Counted from the stretch's first letter, positions 10,326 through 20,304 are shown. The stretch: 64,000 nucleotides of DNA from an uncultured Candidatus Saccharibacteria bacterium (GCA_964628585.1 CAZVMH010000004.1:9977-73976); one strand, 5' to 3'. Numbers and translations are program-made. The notes: generated by a model not told the origin, from the letters alone.

Positions 10326-12182
10326 CTACCCATTTCCTTCCAAAATTTGCTTCGGATCACTTGTAATTATTTGATCCTCGGTATATGAAGCAACGACTTT
10401 AATGGCAACGTGATTTAAGCCAGCAAAGAAAAGTCCTTCGCCAACGTCTGATTCAAGAAGAAGATATTTTTCGCCCTCGGTTAAATTGAAAACCTCAGCA
10501 ACCAAATCAACAGAAGCGGTAGATTGTTTAAAGAGCACTTGCATGGCAGAGTTTGAAACAACAGCTTTACCGTAACGACTGGCCAGGAAATCCTCTACAT
10601 CTTGGCTGATAATTGTTAGCCCTAAATAATACTTTCTAGCTCGTTTAGCCAAACCGTGCAAAAATTTAGCTGAATCCTCATGTTGCATCATCCACCAAGC
10701 TTCATCAATAATCATAATTCGACGCTTTGTCGTCATGCGAATCTTGGTCCAAATATAATTTAGGATAGTGTACATAGCAATTGGTCGAAGCGCCTCCTCA
10801 AGATCACGAACAGAAAAGACGACAAATCCTGGTTTAAGTTCAAAATTGGTTCTTTGATTGTAGAGCGAAGCAAAGGTGCCCTCTACAAACCTTGAAAGTC
10901 TGGAACGAAGCGATTCGGTTCCACTCATATTTGAGAGAACATTGTATAAGTCTTGCATGACCGGTGGCTCGTTTTCTTGGCTCTCTGGATCGATTGTAAT
11001 ATCTTTTATAGCATAAGTCTCATAAAGTGCTCTCTCAATAATTGAATCTTCTTCAGGGGAAAGACCATTTGCCATTAGATTAATCAATCCATGTACAGAA
11101 GCAACAGTAGAACGAAGTAAATCTTCACCCGACTCCTCAGCGTTTCCAACTGGTAAATCGAATGGATTAATTCTTTTATCGGAGTTAAGGGAGATTTCAA
11201 GATAACTTCCTCCTACGGCGGTACAGAGTGATTTGTACTCATTTTCTGGGTCAACTACAATTACATCGGTTCCAAGCATCAAATATCGCAATGCCTCGAG
11301 TTTTACATAGTAAGACTTACCACTACCAGAGGTTGCAAAGACGACCGAATTGGCGTTTGGTAAATTGAATCTGTCAAATATAATTAACGAATTATTGTGA
11401 CGATTAATTCCGTAAAGAATGCCATCATCCTGGGTTAACTCGGATGAAACAAACGGAAAGCTGGAAGAAAGAGATCCTGTATCAAAATTTCGCAAAATGT
11501 TTAAACGGTCTGACATAAGTGGCAGAGTAGAGGCAAAACCCTGTTCCATTTGAAAAAGAGATTCTTTGGTATAGATTAAAAGACCACCTAGTGTTGATTC
11601 AAGCTGTTCGGCTACCGTTTTGAGTTCATCGGCAGAGTTGGCGTAAATTGTAAAATACAAACCAAATTGAAAAAGTCTGACTTCACCTCTCTGTAAAACA
11701 TCTCGCAATGCCTCAACATCACCCAGTGCAGTCTCAATTTCTGGGTCTCTTGGAGCGCCTCGTTCTTGTTCAACCGACATTGTTGATTGAAGTTTGCCCA
11801 CTTGTGTTCGAAGCTCGCTCATAACATTTTTTGATTCGAGCGGATGTATATACATGCCCATATCGAGGGTTAGGTCGTAATTGATAATAGGGGAAAGCCA
11901 ATTGGTCTCGATATAGCGGGGGTAGGTGAAGACAAATAGTGTTTTAACAAATTTATTTCCAAGTTGAAGATGGTACGGGGTCATAATGAAAGCGGAAGGT
12001 GCTATAACATCGCGTATTGAAGTACTGCCCCTTTTTATATCTTCAGGTAGTTCAATCTTATTTGATTCCCTTTCGGCAATGTTTTTTTGAGCCATTGCCC
12101 GAGCGTCGGTATTTGCAGGAGAATTAGATTGGTCTTCTGTTATTGGAGGAGTTAAGTTTTGTTGTGTTTGATCGTCAGCCAT
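10326..12182 (-). CDS. virB4: Type IV secretion ATPase VirB4/TraE/CagE family
   Basis: Walker A ATSGSGKSYYVK, VVDPENEY, Walker B MIIDEAWWM. Middle-domain pattern FVFTYPRYIETNWL typical of the CagE_TrbE_VirB family. Confidence 0.9.
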   Translation of the reverse strand: MADDQTQQNLTPPITEDQSNSPANTDARAMAQKNIAERESNKIELPEDIKRGSTSIRDVIAPSAFIMTPYHLQLGNKFVKTLFVFTYPRYIETNWLSPIINYDLTLDMGMYIHPLESKNVMSELRTQVGKLQSTMSVEQERGAPRDPEIETALGDVEALRDVLQRGEVRLFQFGLYFTIYANSADELKTVAEQLESTLGGLLIYTKESLFQMEQGFASTLPLMSDRLNILRNFDTGSLSSSFPFVSSELTQDDGILYGINRHNNSLIIFDRFNLPNANSVVFATSGSGKSYYVKLEALRYLMLGTDVIVVDPENEYKSLCTAVGGSYLEISLNSDKRINPFDLPVGNAEESGEDLLRSTVASVHGLINLMANGLSPEEDSIIERALYETYAIKDITIDPESQENEPPVMQDLYNVLSNMSGTESLRSRLSRFVEGTFASLYNQRTNFELKPGFVVFSVRDLEEALRPIAMYTILNYIWTKIRMTTKRRIMIIDEAWWMMQHEDSAKFLHGLAKRARKYYLGLTIISQDVEDFLASRYGKAVVSNSAMQVLFKQSTASVDLVAEVFNLTEGEKYLLLESDVGEGLFFAGLNHVAIKVVASYTEDQIITSDPKQILEGNG

Positions 12183-12203
12183 GAATTATTTCATATTTAA
12201 TAG

Positions 12204-13208
12204 TTATTTTTCTTTTGTTGGCGGAACAATAGTCGGTGCTTGTGCCATGCTTTGATTCGTTGTAGTTGGTGCTTGCCCTTGTTCTGCAGGAGCTGATGCA
12301 GGCAGTTCTGCCTTTACTGGAGTTTGTACCAAAGCTTGAGGGGCGACCGGCATAACTGTATTTGGCGCAGGTGTTTCTGTGGGCGCCGAAGAAGGTGCTC
12401 CTCCTTTTTCGACTTCTTTTTCTGCTTCAAGCTCTCTTTGTTTTGCTGCTTTTTTCTGTTGGTCTTCAACTAGGGCAGAATTATCAATAACGTTTTCTTC
12501 TGGTTGTTCTTCTGTAGAATTCTCTTTTTCTTGGTTAATATTTTCCTTCTCTGTCACTAGAGAAGAGGTTAGTTCCTCAACGTCGGAAAATCTTTCAATA
12601 TCTGCTACCTCTGGATTATATATTCCATAGAACAACTCGATTATTTCCTCAGTTGTAAGCTGAACACAATGAAGGCCCAAGCTTCCCAACCCACTTGCAA
12701 CAGTGTTAGCTCTTTCTGTCAGTTGGTCTTTGTAGCGTTTAAATGTTGTGTCTGCAATCTTTATGCCACTGCCTTCTCCTTTGCCACCAAATATTTTACC
12801 GAAAACAGATGGTTTTTTAATCTCGATTGGATCATAGGGGACCACAACATAGAAATTCTTTTTCATAATATTGGCCATGTTGACTAACTCTCCAACGAAA
12901 TCGATGTAGTCTTCCATTTGTACCCGTAAAAGCTCATTATTTTGCTTATCTTTTAAAACACTTAATTTTTTAATGTAGGGATTTAAATCAAGTCTCTTTG
13001 ATCTCATGACAATTTCTATCGGAAAATGGAGGGAATTTAGAAAGCCCTGATACTGAAAGATAATTGAATTTTGTTCCTCTTCACTTTTGAGAGAGAAATT
13101 GGTTACGCCAACGTTAAAAATAATGCGATATCCACCATTTGTCGTAATAACAATGCCGTCTTTAATCCCCGCAAGATCAATAAATTGTTGAGTCGCTGAT
13201 TGATTCAT
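12204..13208 (-). CDS. T4SS-associated protein; N-terminal about 190 aa resembles the extreme N-terminal domain of TrbE/VirB4, followed by a Glu/Lys coiled coil and a Pro/Ala/Thr-rich disordered tail
   Basis: N-terminus GIKDGIVITTNGGYRIIFNVGVTNFSLKSEEEQNSIIFQYQGFLNSLHFPIEIV matches the DG...G.y..f.l.G.d..s.s.eE...l...l...l pattern at the start of TrbE/VirB4. Lies immediately upstream of virB4 in the same frame, separated by two in-frame stops. No TM segment. Confidence 0.45.
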   Translation of the reverse strand: MNQSATQQFIDLAGIKDGIVITTNGGYRIIFNVGVTNFSLKSEEEQNSIIFQYQGFLNSLHFPIEIVMRSKRLDLNPYIKKLSVLKDKQNNELLRVQMEDYIDFVGELVNMANIMKKNFYVVVPYDPIEIKKPSVFGKIFGGKGEGSGIKIADTTFKRYKDQLTERANTVASGLGSLGLHCVQLTTEEIIELFYGIYNPEVADIERFSDVEELTSSLVTEKENINQEKENSTEEQPEENVIDNSALVEDQQKKAAKQRELEAEKEVEKGGAPSSAPTETPAPNTVMPVAPQALVQTPVKAELPASAPAEQGQAPTTTNQSMAQAPTIVPPTKEK

Positions 13209-13252
13209 AATCTCAAAGTTTAAATCTCAAATCTCAAAGTCATATCCCAAAA

Positions 13253-13525
13253 TTAATATCTTGTTTTGTCCTTCATCGTCATCAGCCCTGCGGCCAGAAT
13301 GCTCGCAATTTCGTTCGATTCTTTTAGAAGTACATCTGTTTCACTTTCAATATCCGATTTTGCTTTTATCGTAAGCTCAAGCCAGAACCCCGTTTCATTT
13401 GCCGATTTCAATGCTATTTCAAAGAATTTTATATAATCTCTCTTCGAACTGGACGCTTTCGCTTCTCTGACGTTTGCACCTATTGATGTTCCTGATCTTA
13501 AAAGCTGATCCGCTATTGCCCACAA
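13253..13525 (-). CDS. Four-helix-bundle family small protein (TIGR02436 / 23S rRNA IVS-protein-like), apparently N-terminally truncated
   Basis: Family-like pattern SIGANVREAKASSSKRDYIKFFEIALKSANETGFWLEL. An in-frame stop lies directly upstream of the Met, so the first helix is missing relative to typical ~115 aa members. Confidence 0.45.
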   Translation of the reverse strand: MWAIADQLLRSGTSIGANVREAKASSSKRDYIKFFEIALKSANETGFWLELTIKAKSDIESETDVLLKESNEIASILAAGLMTMKDKTRY

Positions 13526-13650
13526 ATTTCTATCGTTTCTAATCTTCTCGTATAACTTAATTGTGTTAAATGCAAATTGTAATAGCCTGTTCTGAAATTA
13601 TTTTTTAAAATTTGAATTGTCATTTTGCATTTTGAAATTTGAGGTTTGAA

Positions 13651-14061
13651 TTATTTCTGCTGTGGGTCAATTTCTTTTGCTAACTTTTGTATATCTTGGC
13701 GTGAATAATTTTTTGCTACGACAGCTGGTGTTTTATTATCAATTTTTGGTTTATAGACTTCAACATTTAAATCTGCAGAATTTTCATGATGCCAGAGTCT
13801 TTGTTTGGGAGTAGAGGAGTATTCTATGACGGAAAGAAAAAAATCTAAAAAAGGACGCTCATTAATTTTTAAAAAAATCATAGCGGCCACAAAAAGGCCG
13901 ATTGGAATGGCAATTAAATAGGCAAGAATCTTTGGTATTCCAGACATAATAATTCCATAACAAAAACCACCACCAATAACAGCATACATGAACTGTAGCA
14001 TTGTAAGTGGCCCAATAATTCTATCTTGCATATCAATATTTTGTGGTACTTTGTAGCGCAT
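13651..14061 (-). CDS. PrgI/VirB3-like small membrane protein of Gram-positive-type T4SS
   Basis: MRYKVPQNIDMQDRIIGPLTMLQFMY N-terminal motif (VP.d...e..i.GplT.rQ) followed by two TM helices. Position upstream of virB4. Confidence 0.55.
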   Translation of the reverse strand: MRYKVPQNIDMQDRIIGPLTMLQFMYAVIGGGFCYGIIMSGIPKILAYLIAIPIGLFVAAMIFLKINERPFLDFFLSVIEYSSTPKQRLWHHENSADLNVEVYKPKIDNKTPAVVAKNYSRQDIQKLAKEIDPQQK

Positions 14062-14435
14062 TTATCCCGTCAAATACGACTTAAGTCGCTTACTAATAAA
14101 TTGTTTACCAAAAAAAGTTTTAAGATATTTTTCACGATGTGTCGCGTCTTGTTGATTAAGACATCCTTCAAACTATATTAGCTTGAGGGGCAATCGATTT
14201 TTTGTAAACGGCACTTTGCCTGCTAGGCGTAACTTAAGTCGTAAATTTAGGTTTTTTGTATAACCCGTGTATCTCTTTTTGTCTTTCTCTGGTTTCAAAA
14301 CGTAGACGTAATAAAACATCAGTGTCCTAAATTTATTTGACTGGTTGAACCCTCCTAGTACTAAAAAATATACCCCGTTAATTGGATTATATCATAACTA
14401 AAATATCAATGACAAAAAATATAGAACAAAAATCT

Positions 14436-15890
14436 TTAAGCTTGTTTTCCGACTATACCTGCTAAGTCGGGAGCCTCTCCAGCCATTGCTTCCATTAACC
14501 CAAGAACATTCCTCCAAATACTTTCACCACCACCCTTCCCTTGTGGCGAAGCTTGGGCAAAACTTTCTGTTGGCTCATAATAGCCCCAATTGTCCTCATC
14601 TTGTTCGCCGTGTTTCTCTAAGAAATCTTTGTGAGACGAAACTTTTCCCTTGTTTTTTTCTAGCTCGCTTTTAATTTTTTTATAAAATATTTCGTAGGTC
14701 TTTTTTGCAATTTCTGGCATATTCTCGAAGTTAGTTCCGGCACTCAAAGCACATTTTTCCATAAATGCTGGCGCGGTACCATCTGTTTGCAGATATATTG
14801 CTGAAAAATCGGTTATAATCTCTTTAGCAATAGTCAGCTTTCTCATCTCAATAAATTGTTCTTTAGTTAAACCAGGCATTGTTTTTTCAGCTTTGGGAAA
14901 ATCTTCTTCGATTTTATCCATTGAAGCCAAAGTATTTTGGATATGTTCTGTCAAGAATGGAGAAACTTCGGTTCTATTTTCAACAATGATATCGCAGAGA
15001 CCAATCAATTCTTTATTTTCAGTTAAATATCTCTCAGTAAAGGCATGAGACATTTCATGATTTATGAGATGAGCATAACCAATTGGACGCCCATCCTGAG
15101 TTTTGGCATTATCTTTCAAAGTACTGTCGAACACAACAATTTCACCCGTATCTCTATCCCAATAAGCCACAGAGTCATAACCACAAGTGTCCATCATCTT
15201 GCGAATCTTTCGATCTCGTTCTGACATATTAGCTAGCTGTTCCTCTGTCGGAGGAGGCTCTTTAACAGGTATAGCCTCAATTGTAACTCCAGTGACTAAC
15301 TGAGGAATATCGCTAGCAGTAAGATGACCATTGATTACAGAGAGACAAATTGCTTTTTTGATTTCAATTTGTTTTGATTCAATATCTTTAAACTCTGGAT
15401 TGTCTTTTAATTTTTCGACTGCTTGATCAAATTTTTTGAATATTTCTGAGAGTTTGGTAATTAGTTCTGCTGTTTGATCTAGCTTTTCTTGAATGACGCC
15501 ATCTTGTTCTTCCATGGCTTTTTTAAATAACTCAAAAATTTGTGGGTCCATCTCTGTTCCAGACTTATCCATCATCCAGTCTAAGACCAAATTTGCATTG
15601 GAAGCCGTTATTTCACTTTTTCTAGCTGAAGCTTCCGCAGTTTTTTCTTCTTCTGTTGGTGGTGTCTCCGCTGTTTCTGCAGAAGTGCCACTTTCCGTTT
15701 TTTCGGCCTCTGGTTCAGTAGCTACATTTTCTGGTTGAACTGGATCTGTTGTTTCTGTTTGTCCGGGGGTGGTTCCTTCTGCTACTGGCATCTGATTTCC
15801 GTGAGCATCTAAAATAGGAACAGTATTTTCCTGCCCAATTGGTTGCCCATATTTATTAACTATTCCTGATGGCGTTACTGTTTCATTCAT
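14436..15890 (-). CDS. Soluble acidic protein with an HExxH zincin-like metallopeptidase motif (candidate secreted effector or processing protease)
   Basis: INHEMSHAF motif in the centre. No TM segment. Acidic Thr/Glu/Pro-rich N-terminus. Embedded in the T4SS operon. Confidence 0.45.
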   Translation of the reverse strand: MNETVTPSGIVNKYGQPIGQENTVPILDAHGNQMPVAEGTTPGQTETTDPVQPENVATEPEAEKTESGTSAETAETPPTEEEKTAEASARKSEITASNANLVLDWMMDKSGTEMDPQIFELFKKAMEEQDGVIQEKLDQTAELITKLSEIFKKFDQAVEKLKDNPEFKDIESKQIEIKKAICLSVINGHLTASDIPQLVTGVTIEAIPVKEPPPTEEQLANMSERDRKIRKMMDTCGYDSVAYWDRDTGEIVVFDSTLKDNAKTQDGRPIGYAHLINHEMSHAFTERYLTENKELIGLCDIIVENRTEVSPFLTEHIQNTLASMDKIEEDFPKAEKTMPGLTKEQFIEMRKLTIAKEIITDFSAIYLQTDGTAPAFMEKCALSAGTNFENMPEIAKKTYEIFYKKIKSELEKNKGKVSSHKDFLEKHGEQDEDNWGYYEPTESFAQASPQGKGGGESIWRNVLGLMEAMAGEAPDLAGIVGKQA

Positions 15891-15920
15891 ATTAATTTCC
15901 CCTAGTCTGATGTTAGCATT

Positions 15921-18605
15921 CTATTCTGCCTTTGGTGGCTCTGGTGGAGGAGTTGGAGAAGCCGGTGGTGTTTCCGTTGGAGTCTGAGGTGTTTGACCCG
16001 TTGTTGTAGGGGGCACTTTTGGAGTTGTCATCGTAACTTTTAATGGAGTTTGGCTTAAAGTTTTACCCAAAGATTTGGCGGTGGCCTTACCAAGTTCCTC
16101 AGCGAAAAGCCTACGCGTTTGACGATCGCTAAGAGTTCCTTGAACTTTTCCTCCACTATTGATAGCTCCGTCTCTACCGGCTTTCATTACTTCTTTCGCC
16201 ATATTTATAAATTCAGCTTTATCTGCTGTTCCTCCCGGAGTTAAAGTATGAGGATCAGAAAGAGGACCGGAGCTTAGATTGTGCATTTGTTCACTTAATC
16301 CCTCCAAAGATTGCGCAACCTTATTTATGGCATCTTCATTTGTATGTATTGATCCAAGATTGACTCCTTGCAATGCTGGATTGGAAGCGATATTTTCTGC
16401 CGTCATTCCAGCAGCAACTTGTGCCCGAGCGTTTATTTCATTTTGTTGATTGAGCCTTTGGCTAGTCTGTTTAATATATGCTTGACCGGTTGGATCACTT
16501 TTCATTAGTCCGATGGCTTCCCGTTGTTCATCGGATGACGCAGTTGCCAGTGTTTTAAAGTGATCTAGCCCTGCTTGAAGATCATCGATTCGTCTTTGGA
16601 GAGCCTCTGATTTTTTTGATCTGTCTTCCCCTGCAATCGATTTACTTGCGCCCGAGATCATTGAAAAAACTTTAGGATCAAAATATTCTTTAGCTTCACT
16701 ACTAAATGAATCTTTGTTTGCTTTATCAAAAGCGTCTATTTCACCCCTACCAATCAGCTCTCTGGCGAGATTTAAGTTAGCTTGAAGCGCGCGTCTGTCA
16801 GACCCCTTTCTTCCTGCTCCTATAATCATTCCGACACCAGTAAGCTCTTGTTCTATCGCGGGGCGCCTTTCGTCCATTAATTTTTTAACAGAACCCTCCC
16901 TTGCTTCTCTTATTGTGTCAAATGCGGATTGAAGATGATTTCTGCCTTCGTCTGAGACACCAACAAGTTTAACATTTATAAAGTCTTTACCACCAAACTT
17001 GGCTTCTTCCGTGACTGCTTCCCCCTCCGGGATTTGCTGAATGGCGGTAGTTGCAGCCGCAACAGCTGCACCAGCAGCAGCGCCTACAGCAGATGAAGCC
17101 AATGGTAATCCATAAGCAGTTGTAAGACTATTTTTCTGTGTCGCATAATTTTTAAGTTGGTTAAATCGGCGTAAATTCAATTTTGCTCTTGCGACGGCTT
17201 CTCCATTATTAACACCATTTGTTCCGCCAAGTCCTTCATAAGTGTCCATTAATTTAACAGCATTCATTGTAGCAATATCGCTTCTTAGTGCTTCTCTTAC
17301 TTCCAAACTATCTTTATTTGCCGCAGTGACGACAATTTTGTTACCGGCAGCGTCTTTGTGATTTTCAGCAAATAGTCTTGACTGCCTAGATCCAGGCCCA
17401 GCTTTTACTAAATCATCTAAGATCGCATCTTCGGTTTTTCTCTGATCTACCCCAGTAGGGCCAGCAGACTTTTGTTCATAATCTTCTTTAAATGATTCTA
17501 ATAAAGCTGTGGCGCGTGCTCGTTCGCCGAGAAGACGATTATATGTATTAGTTTTTTTGGCCGCACTTTCCAAATTTTTTCTCGATTCAGCAAATCCTGC
17601 TTTATAAGCTTTCACTGATGCTGGAATATTTACAACTCCGCCAGCTCGTTCTAAATTTTTACCCACAACATTGCCTAGAAAAGTTCCCTTATGTCTTTGT
17701 TGTAATCTCTGGCCATATGCGGACATCCTTGATCCTGCTCCCCCCAACAAATTGTTGTAACCGTATCCCGTAACCTTCTTGCCCAAACTTGCCCATTGAT
17801 TCATGATCGCTCCACCCATCTTAAATGGTGTAGTCAGAGCCAAATATATACATGCTCCAGCGAAGACGTAATTAATTAGCCATATTTCTTTAGCAAAGGC
17901 AGCATCAAACCATTGGGCACCAAGCCAAAGCCAGAAAACCGAAACTATGGGCATAAAAACCCATTTTGTAAAATTGCTCCACCATTGTGTAAAAAGACTT
18001 TTGCTTTGAGGTAAAACCATTGCCATAATGCAGAGAGGAGCAAGGGCGACTAAAAAATATAGCATCCAATTTCTAACTAAAAAGAGAAAGGCAAGAATTA
18101 AAACAATAACAGCCGCAGCCATTTTAAATAATTGGCCAAGAATAAACCAGAAAATTTTTCCTGCCGTGACATTGCTTGCGTTTCCAATTGAAACGTTAAA
18201 AGCCTCTTGAAATTTGTCAACTCCAACACCACCTTCAATAAATATACTTAAAATGGCGTTTGAAAAATCAATCATTAACCGACAAAAAAGAAAACTAAAA
18301 TTGGCTGCTATTATGGCAAAAACGAGAGTAGGCAACATTTTTTTAATTCCATATGTACTTACATTTAGACGCAATATTTGAGCAAAGGCAACTGCAATAA
18401 GCACAACAATCACAAATGTATTGGCAAGATTTATTAGCGTATTCCAAACTTTTAAGACAGTCGCTCCTTCACCACTTGAAGTATTTTTTAAAACAGAAAA
18501 AATGGGCTCCATGGCGTAAGAAGCTTGAGGCAACATCAAAAAAACTAGCCCAGCTAAAGCCAAGATTCCTAAACATTTAAATCTTATTTTTTTGTTAGCG
18601 CCCAT
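15921..18605 (-). CDS. VirB6/TrbL-like polytopic membrane protein with large C-terminal coiled/disordered domain and Pro/Thr-rich tail
   Basis: Signal peptide followed by about 7 TM helices in the first 300 aa, then a long hydrophilic region ending PPTTTGQTPQTPTETPPASPTPPPEPP. Architecture resembles Gram-positive VirB6 homologues (TcpH/ConG-type). Confidence 0.55.
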   Translation of the reverse strand: MGANKKIRFKCLGILALAGLVFLMLPQASYAMEPIFSVLKNTSSGEGATVLKVWNTLINLANTFVIVVLIAVAFAQILRLNVSTYGIKKMLPTLVFAIIAANFSFLFCRLMIDFSNAILSIFIEGGVGVDKFQEAFNVSIGNASNVTAGKIFWFILGQLFKMAAAVIVLILAFLFLVRNWMLYFLVALAPLCIMAMVLPQSKSLFTQWWSNFTKWVFMPIVSVFWLWLGAQWFDAAFAKEIWLINYVFAGACIYLALTTPFKMGGAIMNQWASLGKKVTGYGYNNLLGGAGSRMSAYGQRLQQRHKGTFLGNVVGKNLERAGGVVNIPASVKAYKAGFAESRKNLESAAKKTNTYNRLLGERARATALLESFKEDYEQKSAGPTGVDQRKTEDAILDDLVKAGPGSRQSRLFAENHKDAAGNKIVVTAANKDSLEVREALRSDIATMNAVKLMDTYEGLGGTNGVNNGEAVARAKLNLRRFNQLKNYATQKNSLTTAYGLPLASSAVGAAAGAAVAAATTAIQQIPEGEAVTEEAKFGGKDFINVKLVGVSDEGRNHLQSAFDTIREAREGSVKKLMDERRPAIEQELTGVGMIIGAGRKGSDRRALQANLNLARELIGRGEIDAFDKANKDSFSSEAKEYFDPKVFSMISGASKSIAGEDRSKKSEALQRRIDDLQAGLDHFKTLATASSDEQREAIGLMKSDPTGQAYIKQTSQRLNQQNEINARAQVAAGMTAENIASNPALQGVNLGSIHTNEDAINKVAQSLEGLSEQMHNLSSGPLSDPHTLTPGGTADKAEFINMAKEVMKAGRDGAINSGGKVQGTLSDRQTRRLFAEELGKATAKSLGKTLSQTPLKVTMTTPKVPPTTTGQTPQTPTETPPASPTPPPEPPKAE

Positions 18606-18682
18606 AGATAATATTAATTTACTTTTCTATTTGTGCCGAAACCACTGCTAGAGATACCGCCTAAAGTGATACTTCCATTGCT

Positions 18683-20221
18683 TCATTGACTGGTATAACT
18701 TTTACATGAGGACCAATCAGAAGTTTTTGAACTAGCATATCCTAAAGAAGTTCTCAGGTAACAAAAAGCCATATCCAAAAAACTCTTAGCCCAATCTTGC
18801 AGAGCAAGGGCCAAATTACAGAACGCCTTGTAAAGAGCGTCTCCTATCATGGTGTGCCCAGAGATTGTGTCACAAACGCTCGAAGCGTTATTATTTGTAC
18901 TACCACCAGCAGTATCAATTGCTTCCTGTGTCAAACCGGTTATTAATTCAGTTACAGAGTTATTGACTACAGCATAGGGATCATTTTTGCTGGCATAACA
19001 TTTATTAATTTTATTATTTGCATTAACATAGTAAGTCGCAAGCTGAATTTTGATTAAATATGGTAAAAATTCATACCAGCTACTTTCCTGTTCGGCATTT
19101 ACTCTTATTTCGTCCCACGCTATTACTGAGCCGCCCAACGCAAGGCCCATAGCACCTCCCAGTATAGGTCCGCCGACAGCTGATCCTGCGAGAGCTCCAG
19201 GAACTGATGCGATTGATGCACCCACAGTTCGTATTATTCGCGCAGCCCCTTCGGTTTCTATTCCTTGTGGCCTTTTGAGTTCTGCCTCGTGAAAGAAATC
19301 GTTGTATTTTTGGAATACATTTCCAGTTAGTGCAACTGTTGGATATTTTTTACCTTTTTCACCATAAAAAATGCTATATACTTCTCGGTCAAATTCCTTT
19401 ACTTTAGGTGTAATTTTCCCGATATTGTCAAAAAATTTTCCTACGAATAATTCGTCCTCAGCATCTCCTTTCCCTGTTACCGGATCTTTCATCGAATTAA
19501 TAAGATTCTCTTTCATGCTTTTGTAGAATTCATCAATTTCTGCAGATGATCCGCCGTCAAAAATAGGAGTAATTTCTTCTTTACTGCATGCTTCAATCGA
19601 GGTTGCAAGAGGGGCAGAGGAACGAGGTACCTCTGCGATCGTGTTGTTTCCGCTCCTGACGTCTTCCCAAACGTTTTTTGCGATCTTATACATTTCTGTG
19701 TCTACTGCATAAAGATATGGCAAACTTCTGGTTCCCCAATCTGCATCAGCATGTTTTGCACACCGGTAGTCAACCCTGTTATCATTATTCATCCATAAAT
19801 TCCATTTGCGACTATAAATAATATAATTAGTTTGGGTGTTTGTATATAAATTACTAGGTCCGTTTGTCGAAAAACATATGTCTATAACTTTGTTCGGCAC
19901 AATACTTTCGTCCACTATTATGTTAAATGTGCTAACCCCGTAAGGGGTTTTCTTAGAAAACCATGACGAAGCTTTTGGTGCGATTGAGCTGTCTATTCCC
20001 GCTGAATTATTGTATTCTCCAACGCCACCTTCTTGTGCGAAATATGCCGCTTTTCCTTCGTAAATATACTTAATTTCATCTTCTCTCTCAGCCATAGTAT
20101 CTTCAGTGGCAACCTTTTTCCATGTTCCCGCTGCCACTACTTTGTTTTGATTGAGACACGGCGAAAAAATACTAAAGATAAGAAGAAGTATTAGCATCTT
20201 ACGAATTATTATATCCTTCAC
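18683..20221 (-). CDS. Secreted protein with Gly/Ala-rich hydrophobic segment; first gene of the T4SS-like operon
   Basis: Signal peptide MLILLLIFSIFSPCLN. Internal segment TVGASIASVPGALAGSAVGGPILGGAMGLALGGSVIAW. Several Cys pairs. Strong SD (GGAGGGG) 5 nt upstream of the ATG. Confidence 0.45.
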   Translation of the reverse strand: MKDIIIRKMLILLLIFSIFSPCLNQNKVVAAGTWKKVATEDTMAEREDEIKYIYEGKAAYFAQEGGVGEYNNSAGIDSSIAPKASSWFSKKTPYGVSTFNIIVDESIVPNKVIDICFSTNGPSNLYTNTQTNYIIYSRKWNLWMNNDNRVDYRCAKHADADWGTRSLPYLYAVDTEMYKIAKNVWEDVRSGNNTIAEVPRSSAPLATSIEACSKEEITPIFDGGSSAEIDEFYKSMKENLINSMKDPVTGKGDAEDELFVGKFFDNIGKITPKVKEFDREVYSIFYGEKGKKYPTVALTGNVFQKYNDFFHEAELKRPQGIETEGAARIIRTVGASIASVPGALAGSAVGGPILGGAMGLALGGSVIAWDEIRVNAEQESSWYEFLPYLIKIQLATYYVNANNKINKCYASKNDPYAVVNNSVTELITGLTQEAIDTAGGSTNNNASSVCDTISGHTMIGDALYKAFCNLALALQDWAKSFLDMAFCYLRTSLGYASSKTSDWSSCKSYTSQ

Positions 20222-20304
20222 AGCCCCTCCAAAACTTAAAATTTAGAACGACAAAACATTTTTTGAATATACTCAAAAAAACACTTCTTTGGGAACTTTA
20301 TTAC

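Noticed and set aside
12183-12206. Simple sequencing-error split of one long VirB4 (the two ORFs are in the same frame)
   Set aside because: Two separate in-frame TAA codons (complement 12204..12206 and 12186..12188) lie between them. The downstream ORF has its own ATG and a complete VirB4 core. A single base error cannot explain the split, although an ancient fission remains possible.
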